A stretch of DNA of 64,000 bases from an uncultured delta proteobacterium (GCA_963727625.1 CAVSHR010000004.1:544001-608000); one strand, 5' to 3'. Shown: positions 48,365 to 58,774, counted from the stretch's first letter. Translations and numbers: made by a program. The notes: generated from the letters alone by a model not told the origin.

Positions 48365-50755
48365 ATGACAAACTTTCTTTGTAGCTTGAGATCGAGACTG
48401 ATTCTTTTGATTCTCACGGCGATGGTTCCCGCATTCGCTTTGATTATCGATAGCGCCGCAAAATATCGGGAACAAACGGCAACGCAAATCAAACAGAATG
48501 TCCTGGTTGCCGCGCGTGCAATCGCGACGGAGCAGGACCGAGTTTTGGATAATGCTCACGAGTTTCTCGTTACGCTATCGCGAGTCCCGCAGATACGCGA
48601 GATCAATAGAACCGCATGCCACAAGATCCTCGCCGGACTATTGGAACCGCGTTACGCCGATTTAGTACTTGCCGATCCGACCGGCAAACCTTTATGCACA
48701 GCATTATCACCCGGCAACTCGCTGGCGAATACCAGTGGGCGCCATTACAGCAGCAGCGTTGAGAGCTATGATTTTTCAGTCGGTGACATACGTCAGCGTC
48801 CCTCCAGTGCAAAAGCCCTCCTTGACGTGAGCTATCCCGTGCTCAATCATCCTGGCCTGGTACGGGCGGTCGTTTCAGCGACTTTAGACTTGTCTTGGAT
48901 CAACCGTATCGCGGTCGACACTCACCTGTACCCCGGCGCGACGTTCACTTTGGTCAGCAGCCAGGGCAACGTACTCCTGCGGCACCCGAACGGCGCCGAG
49001 TGGACCGGAAAGCCGTTATTCCCCGAACCCTCGCGGCCGGGGAGCATTTCCTCCGACAGAGGAGATATCATCGAAGCTACAGGGCCGGACGGTGTTCAAC
49101 GATTAATAGCGCTCAGTCCTTTGAAAAGCCCCGTCGGAGGAAAAACGGTTTATGCAGCGGTCGATTTGCCGGTCGATATCGCCTTCGCGAAGACCCGGGA
49201 AATTCTCATCCAACAGTTAATCGCCTTGGGGATTCTTTCCGTCGTCATTCTTGGCACGACGTGGTTCGGCACAGACGTCCTGGTCCTTCGTCGAATACGG
49301 GATATAATTACTGCAACAAACAAAATGGCCGCGGGCAATTTGCACGCACGCACGAGCCACGCCTACGACAACAACGAGCTCGGCCAAATGGCGCGGGCTT
49401 TCGATCATCTCGCTGAGACCCTGGAGACCCGAGAAGCCGAAGCCGTCCAGTCCGCGAAACAGATCCATCAGCAACGGCAGCAGCAAGAAGCGCTCTACGA
49501 TCTCAATCGGGGCATCACTTCGACACTCGATGTCGCGAGCGTTTTAAGCACACTCCTCGATCACCTCTCACTCCTCTTCCCCTCCTTCACGGTGACGGTC
49601 AGCTGGATCGACACACACACCGGAAAGCTCGAAACCATCGCACATCGCGGCCCAACGGGCAGTGAACCTGCCAACGCCGATCTTACGTCAGCACAGTCGC
49701 TCCCGTTACTTGTTTTGCGGCGGCAGGCTCCACTCGCGATCTCCGGCAACAATACCGAAGCGCATGCGGCCGATCGGGAACTTTTTTTTGCTCTAGGGTG
49801 GGCCTCTTACCTTGGCCTACCACTGACGGTAAAGACTGAGACTTTAGGGGTTCTTTCGTTTTACAATCGAGAACCGCATGAATTCAGCCCGGACGAAATT
49901 AATTTTTTAAACGCGCTCGTCAACGAAGCGGCTGTCGCCATCCACAACTCTCAGCTGTATGAGCAGACAAGACAACAAACGGTCGAATTGGAAAAATCGA
50001 ATAAAATTAAAGACGAGTTCCTCGGTGTCATGTCGCACGAACTACGGACCCCGCTGAATATTATTATGAATTACTCGGAAGCATTGAGGATGGGAACCTT
50101 CGGTGAAATCGGCCCGGAACAGGCACGAGGCACGGACAAAATCCGCATTCAAGCCGATCACCTACTATCGCTGATTAACGGCATATTGGAAATCACAAAA
50201 ATCGAAAGCGGCACGGTGTCACTAGAAATCCGGCCGCTAGATCTTAAAGAATTCATCGCGGAGTTAAAATCCGACTACATGTTGCCGATGGATAACGATG
50301 TCGCGCTCGTGTGGGATGAGGCCGCCGAACTACCCGTCTTTGTCAGCGATCGCGTCAAGCTGAAACAGATCCTGACTAATTTAATCAACAACGCGATCAA
50401 GTTCACCAATCAAGGGTCGGTCACCATCACGGCGGAACTTTCGGCGCGCGGCGAAAGCCTGGAAATTCATGTGGCAGACACCGGTCCGGGAATACCCGCT
50501 GAGCTGCTCCCGTTTGTCTTTGATAAATTTCGCCAAATCGATAGCGCGACGACTAGGAATTATTCCGGTGCCGGCCTCGGGCTCTACATCGTCAAGAATT
50601 ATGCAACTCTTCTCGGTGGCACGATCGACGTCCGCAGCAATCTGGGCGAAGGCTCGGTGTTTACCGTAAAATTCCCGATCGCATCACACGGTGTGAAGAC
50701 CGAGAAGACCGAGCACCCGCTGCAGCATTCCGCGGGATCCTATAGCCTATCGTAG
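48365..50755 (+). CDS. Sensor histidine kinase (Cache-like, HAMP, GAF, HisKA, HATPase)
   Basis: Two TMs, NELGQMARAF HAMP, SHELRTPL, NNAIKFT, DTGPGI, GAGLGL. Confidence 0.95.
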   Translation: MTNFLCSLRSRLILLILTAMVPAFALIIDSAAKYREQTATQIKQNVLVAARAIATEQDRVLDNAHEFLVTLSRVPQIREINRTACHKILAGLLEPRYADLVLADPTGKPLCTALSPGNSLANTSGRHYSSSVESYDFSVGDIRQRPSSAKALLDVSYPVLNHPGLVRAVVSATLDLSWINRIAVDTHLYPGATFTLVSSQGNVLLRHPNGAEWTGKPLFPEPSRPGSISSDRGDIIEATGPDGVQRLIALSPLKSPVGGKTVYAAVDLPVDIAFAKTREILIQQLIALGILSVVILGTTWFGTDVLVLRRIRDIITATNKMAAGNLHARTSHAYDNNELGQMARAFDHLAETLETREAEAVQSAKQIHQQRQQQEALYDLNRGITSTLDVASVLSTLLDHLSLLFPSFTVTVSWIDTHTGKLETIAHRGPTGSEPANADLTSAQSLPLLVLRRQAPLAISGNNTEAHAADRELFFALGWASYLGLPLTVKTETLGVLSFYNREPHEFSPDEINFLNALVNEAAVAIHNSQLYEQTRQQTVELEKSNKIKDEFLGVMSHELRTPLNIIMNYSEALRMGTFGEIGPEQARGTDKIRIQADHLLSLINGILEITKIESGTVSLEIRPLDLKEFIAELKSDYMLPMDNDVALVWDEAAELPVFVSDRVKLKQILTNLINNAIKFTNQGSVTITAELSARGESLEIHVADTGPGIPAELLPFVFDKFRQIDSATTRNYSGAGLGLYIVKNYATLLGGTIDVRSNLGEGSVFTVKFPIASHGVKTEKTEHPLQHSAGSYSLS

Positions 50756-50767
50756 GAGGCGCACATT

Positions 50768-51601
50768 ATGGCAATTTCGATATTTTGGCGGCTCATTCTC
50801 AGTCACATAGGAATCTTGTTGCTCTCGGGCGCTGTGTGCTTATATTCCATCGTGCAGCTCGGATCTTTGAGCCAAACGGCACATAGCGCGCTCGATAGGA
50901 ACCACCGAATGATCGCCTACCAGGAAGCTCTGACCGAAGCCTTCCTTTCTCAAGTTCGTTACGGTGGAAAATATCTCATTACTCACACAGAGGGCCGCCA
51001 CGAACAACTACGGCAGTTCAAAAAAGATTTCGTTGATTACTCCACCCTGCTCAAGCGCCTTGGGCAGTCCGAGTCGATCGGCGATTCGCTTTCGAGAATC
51101 GCGGAATTTCATGAACAATATCACGAACTGTTCGACCGAGAAGTGGCGTACATTCGAGCCAATCAAAACTACGCTCAGACCCGCTATCAACAAGAACGCG
51201 ATAAAATTGTGGAAAGCACGCTTAACGAGCTGGACCTGTTGAAAGCGCAACTGCGCACAAAGCTGCAAGAAAAGCTCCAGAGCATCGACCAGGGGGCTCG
51301 CACGGCTCGACGAATTGCGATCGTAACTACACTCATCGTTTTGATCCTAGGTGCCATCCTTTCTCTAAAAGTCAGCAGGAGTATGGACGGTCCGATGAGC
51401 GAAGCGACCGCGGCGCAGCGGGTCGTTGGCGTTCCGTGGACTCTAGCCTTAAAGAGCGCGGGCCTACAGGCCATCGAGCGGTCGCAACATTTGATGAGGT
51501 TACAGGCAATTCGTTTGCCTGCTATTGTGCTTAGCCTTATCGCGGTTTGCAGCCGCCGCTCCGCTAGCTCAAAACATCCTATGCCACGGAAAGGCAACTA
51601 A
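50768..51601 (+). CDS. Membrane sensor with four-helix periplasmic domain (QseE/GlrK-like), no kinase domain
   Basis: TM1, helical bundle, TM2, SRSMDGP, then a tail with no H, N or G boxes; AGGAGG SD. Confidence 0.7.
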   Translation: MAISIFWRLILSHIGILLLSGAVCLYSIVQLGSLSQTAHSALDRNHRMIAYQEALTEAFLSQVRYGGKYLITHTEGRHEQLRQFKKDFVDYSTLLKRLGQSESIGDSLSRIAEFHEQYHELFDREVAYIRANQNYAQTRYQQERDKIVESTLNELDLLKAQLRTKLQEKLQSIDQGARTARRIAIVTTLIVLILGAILSLKVSRSMDGPMSEATAAQRVVGVPWTLALKSAGLQAIERSQHLMRLQAIRLPAIVLSLIAVCSRRSASSKHPMPRKGN

Positions 51602-51604
51602 TCT

Positions 51605-52165
51605 ATGAAAAAAACATCCGCAGCGCCGACGATTGCGGGTAAATCGCCATGCAGCCTAAGACGCATTTATAACTTAACAGCCCTGAGCGCCTGCTTTATC
51701 GTCATGGGCTGTACGACCGGAGAGTTCGGGATCCGATCTAATTCTACACGAGGCCCCATCGTACAGACACCCACGAATTTCAAAACCGCGCTAAAACAGA
51801 ACCAAGCGGCTCTGGCCGAGCGAAACGGCGAGCAGGACCTGGCCCTGTATAATATTGGCATCATTTTGGCCCATCCGTCGAACCCAAAGAGGGAGCCAAT
51901 AAAGGCACTCCGGTCGTTCAAGGCCTTGGTTTCGGAATATCCGCGCAGCACATACGCCGAACAAGCAAAAACTTGGATTCAGGTTCTCGAACAACAGCAG
52001 AAAGTCGCGGACGAAAGGCAGAAACTCGCGAAAGAAAAACGCACCTTGAATCGAGAGAGAGAAATGCTTCTGCAAGAGCGACAGAAACTTAACTATGCCG
52101 TTGAAAAATCCGAGCAGCTCGATATGGAAATCGAGAAAAGGAGACGGCAGTCGTTAAGTCGATAA
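51605..52165 (+). CDS. QseG/YfhG-like lipoprotein (TPR-like plus coiled coil)
   Basis: Lipobox VMGC, ALYNIG..HPSNP...EYPRS, C-terminal coil ending DMEIEKRRR. Confidence 0.7.
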   Translation: MKKTSAAPTIAGKSPCSLRRIYNLTALSACFIVMGCTTGEFGIRSNSTRGPIVQTPTNFKTALKQNQAALAERNGEQDLALYNIGIILAHPSNPKREPIKALRSFKALVSEYPRSTYAEQAKTWIQVLEQQQKVADERQKLAKEKRTLNREREMLLQERQKLNYAVEKSEQLDMEIEKRRRQSLSR

Positions 52166-52237
52166 TTTGGCAGAGCGTCGTAAGCGTACGTCCTTACTGA
52201 TCGGTTCGACTCGCCCGCGATAATTCAGTCTTTATTC

Positions 52238-52279
52238 GATGGGTGGAGTGCTGAATTTTACTTTCACACTCCACCCATC
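52238..52279. terminator. Hairpin between convergent genes
   Basis: Perfect 13 bp arms GATGGGTGGAGTG / CACTCCACCCATC. Confidence 0.55.
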
Positions 52280-52361
52280 CTGAATCTCCCGCCATACTGC
52301 CGCACCAAAATGTTAGAAGAAAAACGTGATCTTCCTTCTTAAATGGTTCTTCCGGCGGAAT

Positions 52362-54161
52362 TTACCGCGGCTGCGTGATCACATCGACCACCGCCGGTTT
52401 GCCGCTCTCGACGATGGCGATCGCTTTATCGAGCGTCGGTCCGAGCTGATCCGGCTCGGTGATCGGGCCGAAGGCGTCGACGTGGAGCGCCCGCGAGATC
52501 GCCGCCAGGTCCGGCGCCGGCTCCTCGATGCGGATGCCGATACCCTTTCTTTCGATCGGCCGCTGGCGCGCCCGCGCCATGCGTTCCTGGTGCTCTTCGT
52601 CGTTGTAGTAGGAACGGTTGTTGAGCACCACGACCAGCAGCGGGATCTGATACTTGGCCGCGGTCCATAGCGAATTAGACGTCATCAGGAAATCGCCATC
52701 GCCGAGGATGCTCACGCACAGACGGCCGCTGTCCTTGAAGCCCAATGCGGAGCCGATGGACGAAGGCAGGCCGTAGCCGACGCCCCCGCCGCGACCGCCG
52801 CCCATGCCGTGGGCCGGCTCGGTGACTTCGATGACTTCGCGCCAGCGCCGCCCATGCGACGACACCAACGCCCACGCCTTCCCTTCCACCCGTTTATTGA
52901 TCTCGCTAAAGAAGCGCGCCTGGGAGATCGGTTTTTCGTCCCAGGTTTTTTTGACCCAATCCTCGCTTTTCTTCCGTGTCTCGCGATGAATCGCCTCGAC
53001 TTTGGCGCGCCGCTCCTGAACCTGCTTGGCGGAATCCTTATCGGCGCTCAAACGCTCGCGCACCTGTTCGAGCAACTGCGGCAGCGCCACCGCGGTGTCC
53101 GCCGCCATCGGCACATGCACCGGCAAGAGCCACATGTTGTCGCTCACCCAGCTCTGCCGCTCGAGATCGAGTAAGGTGATGTGAATGACTTTACAGCTCG
53201 GCGCAATGATCGGCGCGAAGTTGCCGCGCTCGCGCACCGACGGCCCGAGCGGCACGCCCAAGCTGGGAACGTCGAGGGCCAGCACGACATCGGCCCCCCG
53301 CAGCGCTTCTTCGCGTGCGTTGGTAAGATTGAGCGGATGGGTGCTCGGAAACGCGAAGCGCCCGTCGGAATCCACCACCGGCGCACCGAGAGCCTCGGAC
53401 AGATCCAACATCGGCGGCAAGGACTTCGGATTGCGCCCCAGCTCGCCGGCGACGATCACCGGCCACTGCGCCTCCGCCAGCAAGCGCGCCGCATTGCGTA
53501 GCGACTCGGGATTGGCTCCCGGCCCCGGAGGCGGGCGGAAGAATTGCGCGTGCGGCACGATCATCGGCTTGTCGATCTTGGCTTCCTGCACGTCCGAATC
53601 TAGGCAAATGTAAACCGGCCCTTTGGGCTCGGTCATGGCGATCCGGTAGGCTTTCAAGAAAGACTCCGCCACCGCGTCGATTGTGTTCGGCTGGTCGTCG
53701 AATTTCACATACTCGCGCACCGCCAAACCCTGCACGTTCGCCGTGTGCACCCAGTCGGTGGAGCGACGGTTGGTGGTGTCCTGGGGCCCGCCGCCGCCGA
53801 GATTGAGGATCGGCGTGCGATCGCACCAGGCGTTGAAGATCGCCATGCTGGCGTGCTGCAAGCCGACGATGTTGTGCAGACCGGTGGCCATGATTTCGCC
53901 GGTGGCGCGCGCGTAGCCGTTGGCGATCGCCACGGCGATCTCCTCATGGGTGCACATGATCATCTGCGGCCCTTTTTCGGATTCGAAGTTCACCAGCGAA
54001 TCGTGGAAGCCGCGATAACTGGCGCCGGGATTGAGCGCGATATACTTGATGCCCAACTCGCGCAGCACCTCGGCCATCAGGTCGGAGCCGTACTGCGCGT
54101 TGCTCTTGCGCCCGATCCCCGCCGCCCAGACTTCTGCTCCGCCTTTAGGTGTTTCTGCCAT
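52362..54161 (-). CDS. Thiamine pyrophosphate-dependent enzyme (ALS/BFD-like)
   Basis: NPGASYRG, THEEIAV, GDGDF...LNNRSY. Confidence 0.9.
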   Translation of the reverse strand: MAETPKGGAEVWAAGIGRKSNAQYGSDLMAEVLRELGIKYIALNPGASYRGFHDSLVNFESEKGPQMIMCTHEEIAVAIANGYARATGEIMATGLHNIVGLQHASMAIFNAWCDRTPILNLGGGGPQDTTNRRSTDWVHTANVQGLAVREYVKFDDQPNTIDAVAESFLKAYRIAMTEPKGPVYICLDSDVQEAKIDKPMIVPHAQFFRPPPGPGANPESLRNAARLLAEAQWPVIVAGELGRNPKSLPPMLDLSEALGAPVVDSDGRFAFPSTHPLNLTNAREEALRGADVVLALDVPSLGVPLGPSVRERGNFAPIIAPSCKVIHITLLDLERQSWVSDNMWLLPVHVPMAADTAVALPQLLEQVRERLSADKDSAKQVQERRAKVEAIHRETRKKSEDWVKKTWDEKPISQARFFSEINKRVEGKAWALVSSHGRRWREVIEVTEPAHGMGGGRGGGVGYGLPSSIGSALGFKDSGRLCVSILGDGDFLMTSNSLWTAAKYQIPLLVVVLNNRSYYNDEEHQERMARARQRPIERKGIGIRIEEPAPDLAAISRALHVDAFGPITEPDQLGPTLDKAIAIVESGKPAVVDVITQPR

Positions 54162-54214
54162 ATTTCCTCCCTCGCTGAAATTTCGAATTTATTAATGTCT
54201 TCAACCGGAAATTC

Positions 54215-54324
54215 CTCCCGCCAAGGCGCAAATTCGCCAAGTTTAGAGGGAAACAATGAGAACTCTTACAAATGATTATCATTCCTAATCTCTGATCTTT
54301 GCGGCCTTTGCGTCTTTGCGGGAG
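54215..54324. repeat. Nonamer-unit imperfect palindrome (REP-like)
   Basis: CTCCCGCCAAGGCGCAAA ... TTTGCGTCTTTGCGGGAG, 16 of 18 complementary. Confidence 0.65.
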
Positions 54325-54387
54325 ATATTCCGAGATTCGGTCGCGGCTTCGCCGCGCTGTGTCCTTCGTGGTGAGTTGTATTTTTCG

Positions 54388-55350
54388 TTAGCGCCCCAAA
54401 CGATCCAACGTCGCCACGTAATCTTTCACGCCGCGCTCGACATCGTAGGCCGGCTCGTAGCCGATGTTTCTCTCCGCCGCGGAAATGTCGAAGACACAGT
54501 AGCTCTGTTTGCTCCGGCCGAGCTTGCTCGGACCGGGGCCGAGCTCGATCTGGTGGTTGGGAAACAGTTTCGCCGCCGCGTTTAGAAAATTTCTCGGCGT
54601 CGAAGCCCGCCCCGTGCCGATATTGAAAGTCCACTCCCGCGGCGTCGGCGCCTTCAAACCGAGATAGACCGATCGGCCCACGTCGCCGACGTAGACAGCG
54701 TCGTTGAGCTGATCGCCACCCTGGGGGATCTGCCACTTCTCACCGCGTCGCGCCCTCTCGATCAACTGTCCGTAAAACGACAGCGGCCCATGGCGCGCTT
54801 CTTTTCCAGGACCGTAGATCGACACGAAGCGCAGCGCGATGAATTCGATGCCGTAGGTCTCGCGATAATAGCGGCCCAGTTCTTCACAGCATACTTTGAT
54901 CGAGCCGTAAAGATCGGCGGGCCGCTTTGGATAATCCTCGCGCACCGGCTTGCAGGTCGGCGGCGCATACTCGCCGGTGATTTCGCCATAGGCGGCCTTC
55001 GAACTCGTAAATACAACCCGCTTGATTTTTTTCGCCCGCGCCACTTCCAGCACGTTGACCGTTCCCTCCGCGCCGACTCTCACGCCGAGTCGCGGATTGG
55101 CCTCCGCCGGCTCGGGCATCAGCGCAGCGAGGTGGGCGATATGCGTCACCTGATGATCGTCGACCGCCTTCCCCAAGGCCGCTTGATCGCAGATATCGCC
55201 GATCACGATATCGACCTGCTCCTTGATATCGCCCATCAAGGTCAGATCCATCCGATTGTCCATCAGCACCGGCCGCAGCCCGTCGTTCACCATCAGACGG
55301 GCGGTCACCGCGCCGTTTACGCCCAGCCCGCCGGTTATCAGCGCCTTCAT
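54388..55350 (-). CDS. NAD-dependent epimerase/dehydratase (extended SDR)
   Basis: ITGGLGVNG, HLAA, YGSIK, IYGPG, FNIGTG. Confidence 0.9.
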   Translation of the reverse strand: MKALITGGLGVNGAVTARLMVNDGLRPVLMDNRMDLTLMGDIKEQVDIVIGDICDQAALGKAVDDHQVTHIAHLAALMPEPAEANPRLGVRVGAEGTVNVLEVARAKKIKRVVFTSSKAAYGEITGEYAPPTCKPVREDYPKRPADLYGSIKVCCEELGRYYRETYGIEFIALRFVSIYGPGKEARHGPLSFYGQLIERARRGEKWQIPQGGDQLNDAVYVGDVGRSVYLGLKAPTPREWTFNIGTGRASTPRNFLNAAAKLFPNHQIELGPGPSKLGRSKQSYCVFDISAAERNIGYEPAYDVERGVKDYVATLDRLGR

Positions 55351-55453
55351 CTTCGGCTCCTTTTTGCGAACACAAACCTTCTTCTAGCCGGTTTGCCGCG
55401 CCTTTGTCCAGTCCGAATCGCGGTGGGTAGTGAATCTTCTTGATCGAGCCACA

Positions 55454-55566
55454 TCGTAACTCACGACAAATTCCACCGAGAGAGATTCTTCGCTCCGCTC
55501 AGAATGACGCTTGCTTGGGTTGCCATCCCGAACGAAGGGAGGAATCTGTTTTGACATGAGTCACTA
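55454..55566. repeat. REP/MITE-like nested palindrome
   Basis: GAGATTCTTCGCTCCGCTCAGAATGAC with a degenerate inverted copy at 55522-55547, inside outer imperfect inverted repeats. Confidence 0.55.
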
Positions 55567-55698
55567 CCCCTCGGTGAGTTCGCTTCTGGCTTTCCCCTCG
55601 GACCAGGACACCGAGACCTGACACTCAAATCTTCGAGCCCATGTTGACATGGGTTTGCGCGCGCTAGTAAAACGAAACATCAAGCGAGGAGAGTTTAC

Positions 55699-57063
55699 AT
55701 GACCAACGCAAACGATAGCTGGCGCCCGCCGGAGTTTATTTCACGCGAACAGTGCATCAAAGACACCGAAGAAGTTCTCGGCCTGGCCGACATTCCGATC
55801 AAGAGCACGGAAGATATTTTTCGCATCAACACGCTCGGCCTGGATTGGGACCTGGGCATGGTCGTCCACGAGCCGGTGGATTCGAGTAAAATTTCCACCG
55901 GCGCCGACGGCAAGAAGGCCGGATTTTTCCTGCTGCACGGCGGCTCGAGCGATTTCAAAGGCATCGAGCGCCACGCCAAGATGCTCGCGCAGAAATTCGG
56001 CTTTCGCGTCATCGCCGGGACCTTTCCCGGCAGATTTTATTTCCCCGACCCGAGCCACGACTGGCCCGACGACACGATTCACAGCGACGGCACCGTGCGC
56101 ACGCCGATCTGGAAGCAGGGCGAGCTGATCGGGCCGGATCAATACGAAGTCGTGAAAGATCCGTCCAAGCGCAACCGTTACGGCACGCGCACGCTCGCGA
56201 AAGCTAAAACCGAAACTATTTTTTGGTATCGCATGGCCGCCTGGCCTGCGGCGTTCGAAGCGGGCATGATCGAAGCCTGCCGGCGCCACTTCCCGGAAAA
56301 AGAATTTTCCGTCTACGGCCAGGGCCACTCCACCGGAGGCCCGTTCATCTGCATGCTGTCCCAACGCATCCCCAATATGGCCGGCGTCTGCGCCACCGAG
56401 CATTCGCCCTTCGGCTACCTCTGCTGCGAGCGCGATAAATGGGGCGGCGATATGGGCAAGATCAGTGGCTACGAGAAAGTCGAAAAGAAAGGCAAAGGAC
56501 GCACCGATCCGTTCAACGAGCTTTACATCCGCACCTGGCGCGACCTCGCCCGCTATCTCGGGCCGGAATCGCTGGGACAGGAAGGACCGGCGGCGTTGAT
56601 GCGCTTGCCCGCGATCATGGAAGATGTTTTTGAAGCTTGGGAAAAGGCCAAGAGCCGGCCACAGTTCAAGGCTGAATATCTGGTCACCCATGCGATCACC
56701 GGTTCCCTCGCCGAAGGCGCGCGCGTCAGCGCCGCGCGGTTAAAAATGAACAAGGAAGAGACCGAAGCGCTAGTCAAGCAATTCGTCGGCTACACCCGCG
56801 AGCTGTCCGGCACAAACGTCAAACCGGTGCCGCCGTTTCTCTTCGAAATCTCCAAAGACAGCCGCGACCACAGCCCGGAAGTTTACGCCGAGGTGATCCT
56901 GCCCGGCTTCCGTGCCATGAGCCCCGCGCCAAAGATCGGCATCACCCGCTTCGGCGCCGGCGTGCATAGTTTCTGGAAACCGGAAAAAGATCTCCCCGCC
57001 GGCATCGTGCCGTCGGTGATCAAGTCGTGGAAAGAAGCCGTGACCAGCGGATATTTTGTATAG
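55699..57063 (+). CDS. Uncharacterised protein, probable alpha/beta hydrolase fold
   Basis: LLHGG, GHSTGG nucleophile elbow, late GVH; host-like codon usage. Confidence 0.75.
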   Translation: MTNANDSWRPPEFISREQCIKDTEEVLGLADIPIKSTEDIFRINTLGLDWDLGMVVHEPVDSSKISTGADGKKAGFFLLHGGSSDFKGIERHAKMLAQKFGFRVIAGTFPGRFYFPDPSHDWPDDTIHSDGTVRTPIWKQGELIGPDQYEVVKDPSKRNRYGTRTLAKAKTETIFWYRMAAWPAAFEAGMIEACRRHFPEKEFSVYGQGHSTGGPFICMLSQRIPNMAGVCATEHSPFGYLCCERDKWGGDMGKISGYEKVEKKGKGRTDPFNELYIRTWRDLARYLGPESLGQEGPAALMRLPAIMEDVFEAWEKAKSRPQFKAEYLVTHAITGSLAEGARVSAARLKMNKEETEALVKQFVGYTRELSGTNVKPVPPFLFEISKDSRDHSPEVYAEVILPGFRAMSPAPKIGITRFGAGVHSFWKPEKDLPAGIVPSVIKSWKEAVTSGYFV

Positions 57064-57241
57064 CGACGAGGGGCGTGCACGGCATTGCGTCGAAGCGGGA
57101 GTTTTTCACAGGATTGTAGTGATTGTTATGTCAGACACCAAAGCTCAACCCACCAAAGCGCCATGCCAAACGCGTTTTAGGGTCCCCCGGCCGGCCTGAA
57201 AATTTTTGCCCCGAACAATCGAGCGTTGGAGGCAGCCGCCA

Positions 57242-58447
57242 ATGAAACGAAGCACCGAACGCATTCTTACCACCCATGTCGGCAGCATGCCGCGGCCGGC
57301 GGACTTGCGCGCCATGTGGACAAAAATAACCCTCACGGCAGATGACAAACTGGCGCTGCAAACGCGGCTGTGCTCGGCCGTCGGCGAAATCGTGCGCACG
57401 CAGCAAGACATGGGCATCGACATTCCCAACGACGGCGAGTTCGGCAAACCCATGCGCGCGTCCACCGACCGGGGCGCTTGGGGAAACTACATCTTCGACC
57501 GAGTCTCCGGTTTCACGCCGACTTCGGCACGGACCATTGCACCCGATACGGCCAAACCCGGCGCGTCGATGCGCATCGTCGGAGTGCGTTGGGAGCAGCG
57601 CGAGTTCGCCGAATTTTACGCCGACACCGGCTTGGGTGCGCCCAGCACCCCCGCGCTGCGCCCGACCTGCACCGGCCCGATCGCTTACACCGCGCAGCAG
57701 TTTCTGCGCGACCAGCTTGTCAACTTGACGCTCGCCGCCAACGCCGCCGGCGTCGAAGAGGCCTTCGTCAGCGCCATCGCGCCCGGCAGCCTGGAAATGT
57801 TCTGCCGCGATCAGAATAGTTACTACCCGACCACCGAGAAATTCTTGGAAGCGATTGCCGACGCGATGCGCGAAGAGTATCGCGCCATCGTCGACGCCGG
57901 CTTCATCCTACAGCTCGACGACCCCGGTCTCCCCGGCGCCTGGGACATGCTCGATCCCCAGCCAAGCGTCGAGGAGTACCGGCGCTACGCGTCGCAGCGG
58001 GTTGACATTCTGAATCACGCCCTCGAAGGCATCCCGGTCGATCGCGTGCGCTATCACATCTGCTGGGGTAGCTGGCATGGTCCGCACACCACCGATTTTC
58101 CGCTGCGCGACTTTGTCGACGTCATGCTCCGCGTCAACGCCCAAGCGTACTTGGTCGAAGCCGGCAACGTCCGCCACGAACATGAATTCAAAGTCTGGCG
58201 CGACGTGAAACTCCCGGGCGGAAAAATCCTCATCCCCGGCGTCGTCAGCCACTCCACCGATCTCGTCGAGCATCCGGAACTGGTAGCCGATCGCATCATC
58301 ACGTTCGCTGAAATCGTCGGCCAAGAAAACGTCATCGCCGGCACCGACTGCGGCCTAGGCGGCCGAGTCCATCCGCAAATCGCCTGGGCCAAGCTCCGCG
58401 CCCTGCGCGACGGCGCGGCGATCGCGAGCAAGAAGTTGTGGAGTTGA
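57242..58447 (+). CDS. Cobalamin-independent methionine synthase II family (MetE-like, single barrel)
   Basis: TTHVGSMPRP, DGEFGK, QLDDP, HICWGS, GTDCGLG. Confidence 0.9.
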   Translation: MKRSTERILTTHVGSMPRPADLRAMWTKITLTADDKLALQTRLCSAVGEIVRTQQDMGIDIPNDGEFGKPMRASTDRGAWGNYIFDRVSGFTPTSARTIAPDTAKPGASMRIVGVRWEQREFAEFYADTGLGAPSTPALRPTCTGPIAYTAQQFLRDQLVNLTLAANAAGVEEAFVSAIAPGSLEMFCRDQNSYYPTTEKFLEAIADAMREEYRAIVDAGFILQLDDPGLPGAWDMLDPQPSVEEYRRYASQRVDILNHALEGIPVDRVRYHICWGSWHGPHTTDFPLRDFVDVMLRVNAQAYLVEAGNVRHEHEFKVWRDVKLPGGKILIPGVVSHSTDLVEHPELVADRIITFAEIVGQENVIAGTDCGLGGRVHPQIAWAKLRALRDGAAIASKKLWS

Positions 58448-58774
58448 ATTCAAAAGTGCCTGTGCGGAATGAACGAAACAAAAAGCAAAAAAGTCTAGAA
58501 GTAAATTTTGTCCCTTGATTTCCTCCAAACCGCAATCTCACTCTCAGAAACTAGAAACGTCAAGAATTCAGACTTGGCCCCAAAGCTTTCCCGGAGTCAT
58601 CACGGGTGACATGGCTATCCGCCTCGGGTGGTTTTGATAGGGAAAGGAATTAATAACTTGCGTAAGCGACGAACTTCAAAAGTAAAAATTTGACTCTCGT
58701 TGCGACCCTGCGCTCAACGGAGCCGAGATGACAAGCACTGAACTCCATCGCCATACCCGCGCTGGGAGCCCGGA

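Noticed and set aside
52202-52216. CGGTTCGACTCGCCC resembling the tRNA-Met T-arm
   Set aside because: Needs a gap, lacks the acceptor end, and no mobile genes lie between the sites
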